NCBI GenBank assembly: GCA_020184695.1
Contig: JAANOX010000245.1
Location: forward strand, 1-64,000
Direction: 5' to 3'
Length of the DNA stretch: 64,000 bases
Source of the DNA: Histomonas meleagridis 2922-C6/04-290x
Lineage: Eukaryota; Protista; Parabasalia
Position numbers and translations under genes: made by a program. Of this stretch, positions 41,888 through 54,085 are shown one piece after another. The first letter of the stretch is position 1. The number at the start of each line of letters is the position of its first letter. The notes below the pieces were generated by a model that was not told the origin of the DNA, ran no database searches, and saw nothing but the letters and a program-made list of their open reading frames with translations.

Positions 41888-44848
41888 ATGCAACCACAGA
41901 ACGAATCAAATTCAAACCCAATAAAGGTGTCGATTTGTGCCCCAGGTATAGAGCCTGTGAAATTTACTATGTCTTCGCCAGATATTTCTGTAATTCTTTC
42001 AGTTATTAATAATAGTTCTGAATTATGTTACTTTACTAATTTTGAACTTGCAACAAAATCTGGTATAGCACCTGAAGGAGGGTTTGACCTTTCTAAAGAT
42101 ATTGTTAACAACGAACTAGTAATTCATATCAGAGTTCTTCCATACAATGAATTGAGTGTTGTCCAACATGTCCAACAACTTTGTCGCATAATTTTTACAT
42201 TAACATCAAGGAATTCATATACAGATTGTAGTCAATCAATTGTTGGTTGGCTCATACGAAAGTTCCAAAACAAGTATCCAACAGTCGAAGAAATTGATGG
42301 CTTTTATCCCGAAGGGTTATCCAAGACATACATTTCACGTCTTATTAAATTCATTGATTATGATACGACAAGTTTAACTACAGTTGAAAGATTGAGTGGT
42401 CTAATTTTAAAACTAAAAGTCACAACAACAGAAAAGAAAGATTTTATTATTTACGCAGACAAAGATGGTTTCTTTACCCAAGATTCAAAACATTATATTG
42501 CACTTCATCAACTTTTATGTCAAATATCTAAGAGCTACAATAGTAATAGTGAGCTCATTTTTGAAAAATGGTGTTCGCTTATGACAATGGAGAAGCTTCC
42601 ATTTTCGCCGATAGAAAAACCGCAAATATTTTCACCGGTTTACATCAAAGGTGACAAACCAAAAATTTTTCCACAACTTGAAATCTTTAAAGTTTCACAA
42701 AGCCAAGACTTTTTATGTTCACTAGATGATGCAGTTGATGGTGCTGAAGAAGAAAGTCTGAATTATTCCTATATTAAATCCATCGAAAATAGCTATATTA
42801 AACGAAAGATATTTGAAGGTATTTCACTTATAAAACGAGGCTACATCAATCCAATTACTGATTCTAATAATTATCTTTATTATGATTTATTTATAACGAG
42901 ACTTTCCGACCTATCGAATTTCTATGAAAACAAAGGCGGAATTGAATCGGCCGATAGAACGATACAGAACGAAGTCCGAATTTATTCAGATTTAACAAAC
43001 ATTGAAAATTCACAAATTAGAGTTACTAGAACGTTTATAGTTGATTACTTTACAGAACGTTGGAATGTCCAATGTTTAATTCCAGGGCTAATTAATCATA
43101 GCGCAACTATTACATATGGGTTTAAGCCAGAAAACAAAGAAGAGTTTGTAACTGATGAACGATTTGTTGAATTTTTTGATAAACATTCGAAAGAATTAAA
43201 TATATCCGAAAGTTATGTTAAATATTATGATAAACCAATAAAAAGTTCGAGTGAAGTTAATGGAGTTATAGGTAGTGATGGAAAGTTATATTTAATTGAT
43301 ATGCATCGAACAACACCACGCGATGCGAACTTTCCAGATCCTGTTAAGCATCATGGATATTTAATACGCCGAGAAGCCATTCGATTATTTGAGATATATA
43401 AAGCGCTTGAACAAAACTCGAAAGTGTTAATTGAACTTGGCGGCTCTAAAGAGTTACAATATCATCATAAAGATCCGAATGCCAGTAAAGAAGAAAAGGA
43501 AAAACTCGAACAAAAAATCCAAGAAATCATTGATAATCGGGAAACAATATTATATGACATTAATGCATTAACAATTGATTCAAAAACGACTGAAATACCA
43601 AAGAACATATTGGAAATATCGGAGTTTATTATTAATGTATCAATTCCACGTTTTGTTAATGAGTTTCTTACAAGTAAAGTGTTTATAATGGATGGGCAAC
43701 ATATCGTTGATGAAATGCATAATCATGGAATTAATGCACGTTATTTAGGCAAAGTGAATGAATATTTGAACAAATCAAATTCTCCAATTAAAGATATAAT
43801 TAATGTAATCATTGAAAGCGAAATGATTTCAAGATCATTTAAAGTATATGTACGAAGAAAGCAATCTTCACTTGATGAATTTTTAATATTATTAAATGAT
43901 TTACTTGGATTTAATGAAACATCCGATGAAACTTTTAATATAATTCGAAGGAAATCCGAAGAAAAGTTTAATTGGAAACCTTCCAAACCAAATGCATCAC
44001 AACGTACACTTATAATCCGAAGTATACTTAAAGCATTTGGTATTACAATTATTTCACGTAATTTTGATACGAAACCAATCGAAAAATCCGATATAATTGC
44101 AATCACTCCATGCGTTAAATATACGTCTAAAAATGATCAACAAATACAAAATTATATTAACTTCGCTATAACATTTTATAACAATGGTAACATTGAACAA
44201 TCTTATCAACTTTTTAATGTCGCTGCACAACTTGGCGAACAATCACTTCATACATTTGATCCATTATTATCGATAATATATTTCTATCTTTCAATGATTG
44301 AGTTGACTCAAAAGAATTATGAATTAGCACAAAGAGAATGTGTTAAATCGTTGTTAATATTAGAGCGTTATTATGATCAAACGCATCCTGAAATTATTAT
44401 AAGATATTCACTTATGGCTGATATCATGAAGGCTATGGGTAATTCTCATTTAGCATTTGCATTTGCTGCAAGAGCTGCTTTACTTTCATATTTGTTATGC
44501 CCGTTTTATCAATGGGCACCTTCTGCATTATTATTGGCAATAGAAAATATCATCGCAACAGAGCCAAAAATCGCAATAATTTATCTGCAAAAGGCTTTGG
44601 AAATGTCTGAGACAACTAAAGTAACAAATGAGTTTAAGGCGCAAATATTACATTTGATGGCAATCGCTTCGTTTAATGATAAAAATGAATTGAAGAAAAC
44701 TGCAGTGTATTTGGAAAGGGCACTTGAAATGGATCCGGAAAACGAAGAAATTAAAAAGTCATTGACGTATGTGAAGGAAGAATTAAAGAGACCAATCGCT
44801 AAGAATGTGAGTAATAATAAAAATAAAAACAAAGGAAGAAAAAAATAA
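41888..44848 (+). CDS. CLU1: Clustered mitochondria protein (CLU/TIF31 family) with C-terminal TPRs
   Basis: FIVDYFTERWNVQCLIPGLI, VNGVIGSDGKLYLIDMHRTTPRDANF, MHNHGINARYLGKV, ESEMISRSFK. First ATG is at 41888. Confidence 0.85.
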   Translation: MQPQNESNSNPIKVSICAPGIEPVKFTMSSPDISVILSVINNSSELCYFTNFELATKSGIAPEGGFDLSKDIVNNELVIHIRVLPYNELSVVQHVQQLCRIIFTLTSRNSYTDCSQSIVGWLIRKFQNKYPTVEEIDGFYPEGLSKTYISRLIKFIDYDTTSLTTVERLSGLILKLKVTTTEKKDFIIYADKDGFFTQDSKHYIALHQLLCQISKSYNSNSELIFEKWCSLMTMEKLPFSPIEKPQIFSPVYIKGDKPKIFPQLEIFKVSQSQDFLCSLDDAVDGAEEESLNYSYIKSIENSYIKRKIFEGISLIKRGYINPITDSNNYLYYDLFITRLSDLSNFYENKGGIESADRTIQNEVRIYSDLTNIENSQIRVTRTFIVDYFTERWNVQCLIPGLINHSATITYGFKPENKEEFVTDERFVEFFDKHSKELNISESYVKYYDKPIKSSSEVNGVIGSDGKLYLIDMHRTTPRDANFPDPVKHHGYLIRREAIRLFEIYKALEQNSKVLIELGGSKELQYHHKDPNASKEEKEKLEQKIQEIIDNRETILYDINALTIDSKTTEIPKNILEISEFIINVSIPRFVNEFLTSKVFIMDGQHIVDEMHNHGINARYLGKVNEYLNKSNSPIKDIINVIIESEMISRSFKVYVRRKQSSLDEFLILLNDLLGFNETSDETFNIIRRKSEEKFNWKPSKPNASQRTLIIRSILKAFGITIISRNFDTKPIEKSDIIAITPCVKYTSKNDQQIQNYINFAITFYNNGNIEQSYQLFNVAAQLGEQSLHTFDPLLSIIYFYLSMIELTQKNYELAQRECVKSLLILERYYDQTHPEIIIRYSLMADIMKAMGNSHLAFAFAARAALLSYLLCPFYQWAPSALLLAIENIIATEPKIAIIYLQKALEMSETTKVTNEFKAQILHLMAIASFNDKNELKKTAVYLERALEMDPENEEIKKSLTYVKEELKRPIAKNVSNNKNKNKGRKK

Positions 44849-45236
44849 AATGTTAATATGCAATAGAGACCAAAACTAAATAATAAAATTCATACTAAAT
44901 GAAAAAACTTTTTGACTTTCTTAAATTTGTTGAATTTTAGCATAAATTCTCAATTTCTTTGTAATGAGGTGCAATGTGCGTAACGAAAATATCAAATTAA
45001 TCAAATGTATTCTCTAAAATTGGATTATTATCATTTAGGAAGTGATTTCAGTTCAATCATAATGAATAATTACAAATAAAAGAAAAACATTTGTTTTATA
45101 TTGCACAATAATATGACATAACTATTTTCACAATTATATAATTCAAACTGTAAAACAAACAAAAGGAAGAAAACCAAAAACGCGCAAATGTACAACAAAC
45201 AAAATCAAATGAATAAGGATTCGGTTTATAAAAAAC

Positions 45237-45818
45237 TTAGCTCAACATGCAATTGATGTTAGCCATTTTGAGGCCTGCGGATTCAACAGATGCAGCATCA
45301 TCAGTGAGAGTCTTTCCAAGTGAAACTAAAGTGATTGTTTTCTCAGCTGAACTTGGAACATTTTCTATGATGTAAGATTTGATGTCTCTGATTGTTGCTG
45401 ACATGTTAACAGAAAGAATAAGATTTTGATTATTTCCAAATGAAAGCCTAATTCTAGTCTTAGGCTCTCCAGGTGTGGAATAATCGGTTTTAACTGGCTT
45501 TATTTGCGCTTGCGCTTGTGTTTGCGTTGTTTGGCTTCCAAGTGTATGTGCAGTTCCAGTAAATGATGGTGCTGGTTTTTGAACTGGTTGAACTTTCATT
45601 GGAGGTTCTTCAGCTCCCTCAGCTCCTGGCGCGATAACAGCAACGCCTGATTTTGAACCACCGGCATAGTAAGTATTGTATTTTTTAGATTTTTCATTGT
45701 GGTAAGCTATTGCAGCCTTTTCAAGATCGTCGCCATTTTGGATAAGGTATATTTGTTGAGTTCCTTTTGGTTCTTGAAGGAATTCTGCAATCCAAATTTG
45801 CTTATCGGTATCGGACAT
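45237..45818 (-). CDS. p47/UBXN2-like p97 cofactor (partial SEP, SHP box, UBX/ubiquitin-like domain)
   Basis: YYAGGSKSGVAV, FTGTAHTLG (SHP box), TRIRLSF...ATIRDIKSYI. Confidence 0.7.
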   Translation of the reverse strand: MSDTDKQIWIAEFLQEPKGTQQIYLIQNGDDLEKAAIAYHNEKSKKYNTYYAGGSKSGVAVIAPGAEGAEEPPMKVQPVQKPAPSFTGTAHTLGSQTTQTQAQAQIKPVKTDYSTPGEPKTRIRLSFGNNQNLILSVNMSATIRDIKSYIIENVPSSAEKTITLVSLGKTLTDDAASVESAGLKMANINCMLS

Positions 45819-46129
45819 TTATAAAAATGACGACCGTTTATTAACAAAACTTTGAAGATGCGATCTTTAAAATATTAAGATGAACCAACTTTTATCAATC
45901 ATAACATCTATGTATATAGATTATTACTTTTTAATAGAGTGTTTATGGTAAAATTTAAGTAAACAATTATTTTAATGTCAATTTCAATTTCTCCTTTTTT
46001 TGATATTTTTTTCGATTTTATGTTTTTTTTAAAAAAAATGTGTTTTTGGTTTTAAAATAATTCTCATCCTTAGAATATTTTTTTTTGCCCAGAAAAATAA
46101 AACGCTTAGATGAAAGCGTACGTTAATTA

Positions 46130-47500
46130 ATGAATGCGAGTGGAAAAATTGCTTTTCAGACTGTAAAAATTTCAATGAAACATCAAAAAATTTCCATTAC
46201 ACAAGATTACTCAACAGCTATATTACTATGGTATGATTATCTCAGAGAATATGATTATTTCACACATATGAAACCATGGCAAATTGTAAATAGAATTCCA
46301 AGAATCAATTTACTATGTAGAAAGGCTCCCTTTATTATACTAATTCGGAGAATGAAAACAATTTTTCCAACGCTATACAATTTTATTCCACAATCTTTCA
46401 TAGTACCAATTGAAGAAGAAAAATTTGAAAAGGCGTTCAAGCAATCTCATAAGAAATATATCATAAAACCTGATTGTGGCTCACTTGGTGCAGGAATTCA
46501 AATTCTTAAACCTACAGATAAATTTATTTTCAAGCATTGTCTATCCATTGCACAAGAATATATTCCATCATGTCTTATTAACAAAACCAAATTTGATCTT
46601 CGTATATATGTTCTTGTATCATCCATCAAACCTCTTGCTATATATGTATTTCGTGATGGAATTGCACGTTTTTGTTCACAGAAGATCGGATCCGACACAA
46701 TTTTTTCTCAAATTACCAACACAGCACTTAACCATTCTATTGATTCATCTGTCACACATACTATTAGTGCGGTTTTTGGTTTTTTAAAAAGTAAAGGGGT
46801 AAATACAGATCTCATATGGCAAAAAATAGATAACATTGCTGTTCTTACAATAGTTTCTGCTTATCCATTTCTTATAAAAGGTGTTGAAGAACAATGTAAG
46901 CCAAATTTCTATAATCGATGCTTTCAAATTCTTGGGTTTGATATTCTTTTAGATGGAAATCTTAATCCTTATCTTCTTGAAGTCAATTACAGACCTTCAT
47001 TAAACGTATATTCAAAAAAAGAACTTTACGTAAAAGTGAAAATGTTATCGGCTGCAATGAAAATTGCTTTTCCATATGGAAATGAAGTACAAAATTATAT
47101 TAATAATGATATTAAGAATTTCAGCGAAGAACAATGGATTGATTATTTCAATTTAAAGGTCCCTCAAAATATTAAAAATAAAATTAAAATGTGTAAATTT
47201 GGCGTAGAAAAATTTGGAGGATTTGTTCGAGTATTTCCAGGGCAGTCAAAAGAAAATAATAAAATATACAGAAAAGTTTTGATGTACTCTTCAATAATGC
47301 CAACTTCTTTAAGACATTTTTCATTACCTACATTAATAAAACCATTAAAACATTGTCCACAAATAGATGAAATTGTTTTTGATAAACAAAAGAGCTTAAA
47401 AACAAATGTTAAAGCACAAGATCATCATGAACATTTTTCAAGTAGAAAAAGTTCCAATGTTTTACGAATAAGAAAAGAATTGCGGAGTCAAATACAATAG
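46130..47500 (+). CDS. Tubulin-tyrosine ligase-like (TTLL) enzyme
   Basis: YIIKPDCGSLGAGI, IAQEYI, KFDLRIYVLV, FQILGFDILLD, LLEVNYRPS. Confidence 0.9.
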   Translation: MNASGKIAFQTVKISMKHQKISITQDYSTAILLWYDYLREYDYFTHMKPWQIVNRIPRINLLCRKAPFIILIRRMKTIFPTLYNFIPQSFIVPIEEEKFEKAFKQSHKKYIIKPDCGSLGAGIQILKPTDKFIFKHCLSIAQEYIPSCLINKTKFDLRIYVLVSSIKPLAIYVFRDGIARFCSQKIGSDTIFSQITNTALNHSIDSSVTHTISAVFGFLKSKGVNTDLIWQKIDNIAVLTIVSAYPFLIKGVEEQCKPNFYNRCFQILGFDILLDGNLNPYLLEVNYRPSLNVYSKKELYVKVKMLSAAMKIAFPYGNEVQNYINNDIKNFSEEQWIDYFNLKVPQNIKNKIKMCKFGVEKFGGFVRVFPGQSKENNKIYRKVLMYSSIMPTSLRHFSLPTLIKPLKHCPQIDEIVFDKQKSLKTNVKAQDHHEHFSSRKSSNVLRIRKELRSQIQ

Positions 47501-47613
47501 ACAGCTGCCTTGTGATTACACTTTTAATATGTTTTGCATGATAATTTGTTTCTAATGTAATTTGATGTAAATAAAAGTGCTTTTGTAAACGTTTTTCGTC
47601 TGTTATAAAACGT

Positions 47614-48471
47614 ATGAAAAACAAAGATAACGATTATCAATCATCACTAACTAAAGTTTCGAAAACTCCTTCTTCGGGATCTATTGAAAATATGTTTAAC
47701 ATGGCTCAGGTTCTTCTAAAAAAGAAAATATATGATCAAGCTATTGAAAAATTTATCAATGTTTGTCAGTCAACAGAAGACATAATATCTCTTAATCCTG
47801 GCTCAAGGATAGAAATCAGTTGGACTGTATTATCATTAGGCTATATTAGTGATATATATTTTGATCTCAAAGATTATAACAAATCCCTACTATTTCGCAA
47901 TGCACAAAACTCGTTTCTTGAATATATTCAAAAGCTTCAAAACAGTGGGAAGAATTTAGATGCAGAAGAAGAAGATAATGATGATGAAAAAGATTTAATT
48001 GAAGTTGCTTCAATTTCTTACACGTACAAAAAACTTTTCGAAGAGGTTCACAAAGCAATTGACGCTCCATGTAAGCCACCTCCTGAAGATCCAGAAGAAC
48101 TCAGGAAGAAGATAATGGATGCACAAAAAAAAGCCGAAGAAGAAAAAATCGAGAACGCAATTAAATTATTAAATGATGCTTCTAAAGCTCGTGAGGATAG
48201 ACTTAAGAATTCCTTTTGGAGAAGGAATCTTCAACGGATGATTGATCATCCATTCATTATTGTTCTGGTAATCATTGCTATTTCTGTTGTACTCGTTATA
48301 TATTCGCAACGACCTTTGAAAGATACATTTAAAAAACCAATTGATGGGAAAACATCCTTAGAAAAATTGGAAAAAATGATTAGGGAATTAGAGAAAAGGA
48401 AAACTAAAGAGGCTAATGAGAATCCTAAAAAGTTTAGGTCGAATTTCAAAAAGAAAAAAATTGAACTATAA
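47614..48471 (+). CDS. Hypothetical protein with TPR-like N-terminus and C-terminal TM
   Basis: 285-aa ORF; hydrophobic PFIIVLVIIAISVVLVIY. Confidence 0.7.
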   Translation: MKNKDNDYQSSLTKVSKTPSSGSIENMFNMAQVLLKKKIYDQAIEKFINVCQSTEDIISLNPGSRIEISWTVLSLGYISDIYFDLKDYNKSLLFRNAQNSFLEYIQKLQNSGKNLDAEEEDNDDEKDLIEVASISYTYKKLFEEVHKAIDAPCKPPPEDPEELRKKIMDAQKKAEEEKIENAIKLLNDASKAREDRLKNSFWRRNLQRMIDHPFIIVLVIIAISVVLVIYSQRPLKDTFKKPIDGKTSLEKLEKMIRELEKRKTKEANENPKKFRSNFKKKKIEL

Positions 48472-49213
48472 AAAAAATGTTTTCAACTACACTTCACTAT
48501 TTTACAAAAAGTGCTAATTTGAGTAAACTATTTAAATACCAATTTTGAAAAAAGTGACAAAGCCCCCCGAACAAATATTTTGAGATTTTAAATAAAGAAA
48601 TGAAACAGACGGATTTTGTTTTTTTAGCTATAATTAGGGTTTTCCGTAATGTTTATTTATTTTTCTTTTTAGTTGTTAATACACTGCTATGAAAAACCTG
48701 AAGTATTACAATTTGGAATAATTTACTCGATACTATTGCATTATTCAAAAAGTACATATTTAATAGTATATATTTGATAAATTTTATTTAGATTTAAATT
48801 GGTATTTTTCGCATGCTAATGATAATTATCGATTTTCTTTTCATATTTTAATTGATAAATTTTTTTGGGGGGACGAAACATATGTTAAAATTTCTATTTG
48901 CTAACAAACTATATAAAAAGTTATGATTTATTCTCATTTTTGATTGTATGTCTACATGTTCAATGTATTTATTTATATATAAAAAAATATCTTACTTTAT
49001 TTTAATCTTTACTACATGAGTTCGATTTTTATTAATAAGCATAAAAAGAACAATTTCCATTGATTTATGTAGATTAAATTTTTTATAAGCGAACTTGATT
49101 ATATTACATGAAACATATAATTTTGAAATGATATAACCAAAAAAATGTTCTGTGTTCATTTATTTTTATAAAATTTGTTGTTTACATTAAAAATAATTAC
49201 GATCTAAATAAAT

Positions 49214-50979
49214 TCATTTTGATAGCAATAATTTTAGTTTTGTTTTTCTTGAAATGTTATTTGTTTGCGTGGATACATCAATTTTTATTTTATCTGAATT
49301 TTTGTTCTCGTTTACATCGCAAACATGAAATTTAAATTCGTTTTGGGGTTGCTCGTATGAGATTGGTGTAAAATTTGGTAAAAAGGTTGTGTAGTCTTTA
49401 ATGTCATTTTCTGATCCATATAACCAGTTAATTGTTACAGAACCTTTTTCACGAAGTAAATTTACTATTTCTGTATAACCTTTTGAATATGCATAATCAT
49501 ATGCTGATTTAAATATGTTGAATAATTCCCAAATAGTATATTTTAACAAAAAATTATCAAAATCAATGCTAAATTAAAAAATCAAATTGCATAATATTAA
49601 AACAAATGCTAAATAAAAGCAATAAACATTTTTAACATCAATATCAATTCCTACTTGTGCAAGAAGTACTTTAACGATTTGTATGTTACCAGATTTACAT
49701 GCCAATATAAGTGCTGTATCAAATCATTCAAATAATTTTCAAATATTATTTATAAAATTATCAATAAAAGAAACTCCAAATACTTTACTTAAATATACCT
49801 AGCGTTGATATCAATTTCTTTATTCTTTAAAATATATTTAATAAGTTCCAAATTTTCTGATTTCGTAGAGCTAATCAAGAGATTTTTTGGTATTCGATTT
49901 GTTTGAAGAAAATATTTAACAAGATATATATTTCCGTTTTTTGCTGGTTCATTTATAATGTTATCATTTATTTTCATACCCACACCTTCTAAAAATAAAA
50001 GAATTTCATAATTATTACATCTTACACACTTCTCTCCTAATTCTTCTAAATTATTAATTTTTCCAATTTTATTTTCATAAAGATATTTAAAGATATCATT
50101 TCGATGAAACATAATTGCTGCTTCATATGCATTTTCAAATGATGAATGATTTTGTTCACATAAATGAATAATTTCTTCATTTCCACCTGCAACTGCATAT
50201 TTACCTGTGTTATTTACATTCGCATTATTCATAAGTAAATATCTAAAACATTTAACTGAAGAAAAAAATGCTGCATAATCAATTAATGTAACATTTTCTT
50301 GATTAACAAATGAACATCTTTCATAAAGTGATTTTTCAATTGTTTGATTAAAATCAAAATTTGTTTGTGATGATATTTCTTGAAGTTTTTCTATTTCATC
50401 GTTTCGAATTATTTTTGCTATTTCATTTGGATTATGTCCTTCTTTAATATATTTCTTATGAAGTTCAAAATCATTTTTCGAAAGTTCTTCATAAGTTTTA
50501 TTAGTATGCCTTAAATTCCAACGATTAATTATATTGTAATGCATAAAGTAATCTGATTCCATATTTTTTATGATATTTTTATTAATTACATTTCGATTTA
50601 TCATTTTTTCTAATAAATAATGTGACTCTCCACCGCCGGTGCGCATTCGAATGTATTTACTGAAAACTTCAATAATTTTTGGATTGTTTTCATTTATTTC
50701 TAAACCTTTTGTTTGTATTGCTTCTAAATAATCAATGTACATGTCACCTGAATTCCATTGTGCACAAAATGAAGAATAAACTAACTGACTAATAATTACA
50801 ATAAATGAGTACGGAAAATTAAAATCATATAATTTTATTGTTTGGTCAATTGCATGATTAAAGTTTTCTTTTGATAAATTAATTATGATTTGTTTAAGAT
50901 TAATGAGAAGTTTAATATTGGTATCGTGAGGTTCATTTCCTTCCCCATTTTTTTTAGGATTTATTTCGCCGTTTGACAT
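49214..50979 (-). CDS. Second DUF3447-ankyrin gene with spacer-separated ankyrin modules
   Basis: ORF 49789-50979 is a paralog of 38596-39822 (YAVAGGNEEIIHLCEQ). It continues through spacers 49718-49794 and 49508-49627 with modules TALILACKSGNIQIVKVLLAQVGIDIDVKN and SAYDYAYSKGYTEIVNLL. Confidence 0.7.
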
Positions 50980-51070
50980 TGTGCATAACCTTCAACAAAC
51001 GGCTACTTCTATACACTTTTGTTTACATTTGCAAATCACATGTCTTCAAGTACGTTATCAATTCACAAAA

Positions 51071-53728
51071 ATGAGCAATAGCGATCCAAATATCGAAGAA
51101 GAAGATTTTAATGATGAATTTGATGGCGAAGAAGAAGAATTTGAGGATGACAATGAAGTTAGTACTCTTCCTCCAGATCATCCCTTATTGAAAAAAATCC
51201 AAGCTGATCTCAAGAAACAATTAGATACCATGTATGATACCATTGAAGTTGCTCTTCGTGAAAAAAATGCTGAACGTGAAAAATATTCCACTGAACGTGA
51301 GCAAGTTGGTGTTGAGTTATATTCAATCCAACAAACTCTAGCCAAACTTCAAAATACATTATCAGCGCAAAACGAAAAGAAGATGCAAACAGAAACGGAA
51401 CGACATGAACAAGAATCCAAGCTTCAAGAAGCACGTCAAACTCTTGAAACCAGCAAACAAGAATTAACACAACGTACCAAAGAATATGAACAAAATCGCC
51501 GCGAACTTGAGAAACTTAATGAAGTTATAATTGCACTTGAACAGCATAATCAAGAAATAAAGAATCAAGTTGCAGTCACACGACGTGAAACATATAAAGC
51601 AGAACAAAGCGCATCAGAAACAGAAGTATCTAAACAAGAACAAGATCTATACATAGACAAACTTACACATCAAATCCATGACATTACGGCTGATTTAGGA
51701 ACCATTGAAGCGCAAATCATCGCGCAACGAAATGAAACCAAAACTGCGCGTGATGCATTACTTCAAGCATCATTAGAAATGGAAAAGATAAATTTCGAAC
51801 GAAATCATTTAATACAAGATTGGAATTCCTCATTAATAAGTGTCAAGAAACGCATCGAAACACTGAACGAGATTGAAGAAGCTGCGAAAAAACAAGAAGA
51901 AGAAATTCGATCACTTGATAATGAAAACGAAGGACTTAAAATCCAAATCCAAAATCAACATGATATCTCTGAGAAAAACCAAATTTTAATGAATAAGATA
52001 ACTTCTCGTTTAGGTTTTATTAAGAATAAAATCGAAGAAGTTAATAATGAACGTGAAAAACTTCAAGAACAACTTAATCAACTTTATACACTTACACAAG
52101 AAAAAGAAAATTTAATCTCGAAGTTACTCATTGATCGAAACAATGCGAATTATTTATTTAAACAATCATTAAAAGGCACTAATGAAATTAGTAATAAAAT
52201 TCATCAAATTGAAGATAAAATTATTGAACATGTAACAAACCAAACGAATTTAAAGAAAGAAGCTGTTTCAGCACAAAACGCGGTCGAAAAAGTCCGTGAA
52301 GAAATACATTCCAAAGAAAAGGAATTAATAAAACTTCAAAACGAAGTCGTTCGCTTAAGAATCGATAAATTAAATATCAAAAGTCAAAGTGAAAAACTTC
52401 AAAATGGATTAAAAGAAATTATTGATGAACTTAAAGAGAAAGACAATTTAATCAATCAATATGAGTTACAAATACATCGTAATAACTTTGATATTGAGAA
52501 ACGTCAAAGTGAAGTTGATAAATTAAATCGTAAATATGAAGCGCTTAAAGCACAACAAAATGGTGAAGAATATTCACCATTAGAACGAAAGATTCGTGTT
52601 TTGCAAGGGAAAATAGAACAAACAGATATCGATTCACAAGAGAATCAAGCGATATGGCTCAAGAAACAAGCTGAACTTGTCTCATTAGAACATCAATGTG
52701 AGAATTTACAAGAGAAGAACAATATAACAACTGCACATATCGCAGTATTAACACGTAAAAGAGATCGAACATTAAATCAATTAAAGAATACCGAAAAAGA
52801 AATTAATAAATTACAAGTTCAAACACATCAACTTCAACGTGAAATTTCACGATTAGGACAAAAGTTATCACAAAACAGTGATAGTGGAAATGTATTACTT
52901 GAAGGTAATATACATTATGAAGCCGAAATATTAGAAAACCTTAAAATTAAAGAAGAAGAAGCAGCACAAATCACAATGAAGATCGAAGAAATTGTTAATA
53001 ATCGAGAACAACTTGCTGATGATTTAATGGAAACAGAAAAACAAATAATGTTAATCGAAAAGAAACTTGTTTTAGCTAAAGAAATGAAAGAAGCACTTGA
53101 CCCTAATTATGGGTCAAATGAAATTAAGTCAATGAAGAAAGAAATCTCTCGAATGGAAGTTCGATTAAAGCAAATTAAAAAGCAACAACAAGTTATAGTA
53201 CAAGAAATGGAATACGCGTTAAAAAGAAGAGAAACTATAGCTACAAGAGGAGCAATTAAGAAGCGAATGATAACTAATAATAAGTCGAAAGATGATAATT
53301 ATTCATTAGGTATCAATGAACTAAAGAAAGAAATCAAAAAAATTAATAACGAAACTTTGAAATTCGATAATATGATCAAAGAAAATATATCAAATAAAAA
53401 TGAATTAAATAATGAATTACAACAAATTACAAATATTTATAACGAAATTAAACTGAAAAAAGATCAATACGAATTAACGCTAAATAACGAAGAAAGAAAA
53501 AAGAAAATCGATAAGTTTAAGTTGGAAACATTGCAAGAAAAAACGAGACTCATACAGAATAATACAATAAAAGGAAGAATTAAAACAAAAGAAGGATTCG
53601 AAAGGAAAATGGATGAGTTAAATAGCCAAGAAAAGAAATTGGAGGACTTAATACAGGTAATACAAAACGATTTCCCTTATTTGGAATCAACGTTCCAAAG
53701 CGTAAAGGATAAATTTGAAATTGTTTAA
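51071..53728 (+). CDS. CCDC40: Coiled-coil domain-containing protein 40 (axonemal ruler)
   Basis: Acidic N-terminus, LPPDHPLLKKIQADLKKQL, REQVGVELYSIQQTLAKLQ, long coiled coil. First ATG is at 51071. Confidence 0.8.
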   Translation: MSNSDPNIEEEDFNDEFDGEEEEFEDDNEVSTLPPDHPLLKKIQADLKKQLDTMYDTIEVALREKNAEREKYSTEREQVGVELYSIQQTLAKLQNTLSAQNEKKMQTETERHEQESKLQEARQTLETSKQELTQRTKEYEQNRRELEKLNEVIIALEQHNQEIKNQVAVTRRETYKAEQSASETEVSKQEQDLYIDKLTHQIHDITADLGTIEAQIIAQRNETKTARDALLQASLEMEKINFERNHLIQDWNSSLISVKKRIETLNEIEEAAKKQEEEIRSLDNENEGLKIQIQNQHDISEKNQILMNKITSRLGFIKNKIEEVNNEREKLQEQLNQLYTLTQEKENLISKLLIDRNNANYLFKQSLKGTNEISNKIHQIEDKIIEHVTNQTNLKKEAVSAQNAVEKVREEIHSKEKELIKLQNEVVRLRIDKLNIKSQSEKLQNGLKEIIDELKEKDNLINQYELQIHRNNFDIEKRQSEVDKLNRKYEALKAQQNGEEYSPLERKIRVLQGKIEQTDIDSQENQAIWLKKQAELVSLEHQCENLQEKNNITTAHIAVLTRKRDRTLNQLKNTEKEINKLQVQTHQLQREISRLGQKLSQNSDSGNVLLEGNIHYEAEILENLKIKEEEAAQITMKIEEIVNNREQLADDLMETEKQIMLIEKKLVLAKEMKEALDPNYGSNEIKSMKKEISRMEVRLKQIKKQQQVIVQEMEYALKRRETIATRGAIKKRMITNNKSKDDNYSLGINELKKEIKKINNETLKFDNMIKENISNKNELNNELQQITNIYNEIKLKKDQYELTLNNEERKKKIDKFKLETLQEKTRLIQNNTIKGRIKTKEGFERKMDELNSQEKKLEDLIQVIQNDFPYLESTFQSVKDKFEIV

Positions 53729-54085
53729 TAAATATAAATTCGTTTTTGTGAAATTAATTTTAGATAATTTAGATATAACTCTTAAAAAATACATTTTTCC
53801 AATTGAAAACATTAATATCAGAACATAATTAATAAAGTTTATCACCCTTATAAAACTGCAATATTTAATCTTTCTTAACTTGCTGTAATTACAGCTCTGA
53901 TCTTATCAAACATTTATCGTGAATTGTTTATTGAAAAATTCAAATGTTTTCATTCAAAAAAATGCCACAAAAGGAGATTTACGATAGAGCTTTTTGAGCA
54001 CAAATTCAGAGGAGGGTGGTCTTTTCCAAGCGGCGGTTTTCGTCTTTGATGACGTGCCGAAAAAACTGTCGGGGTTAAATCTTAG

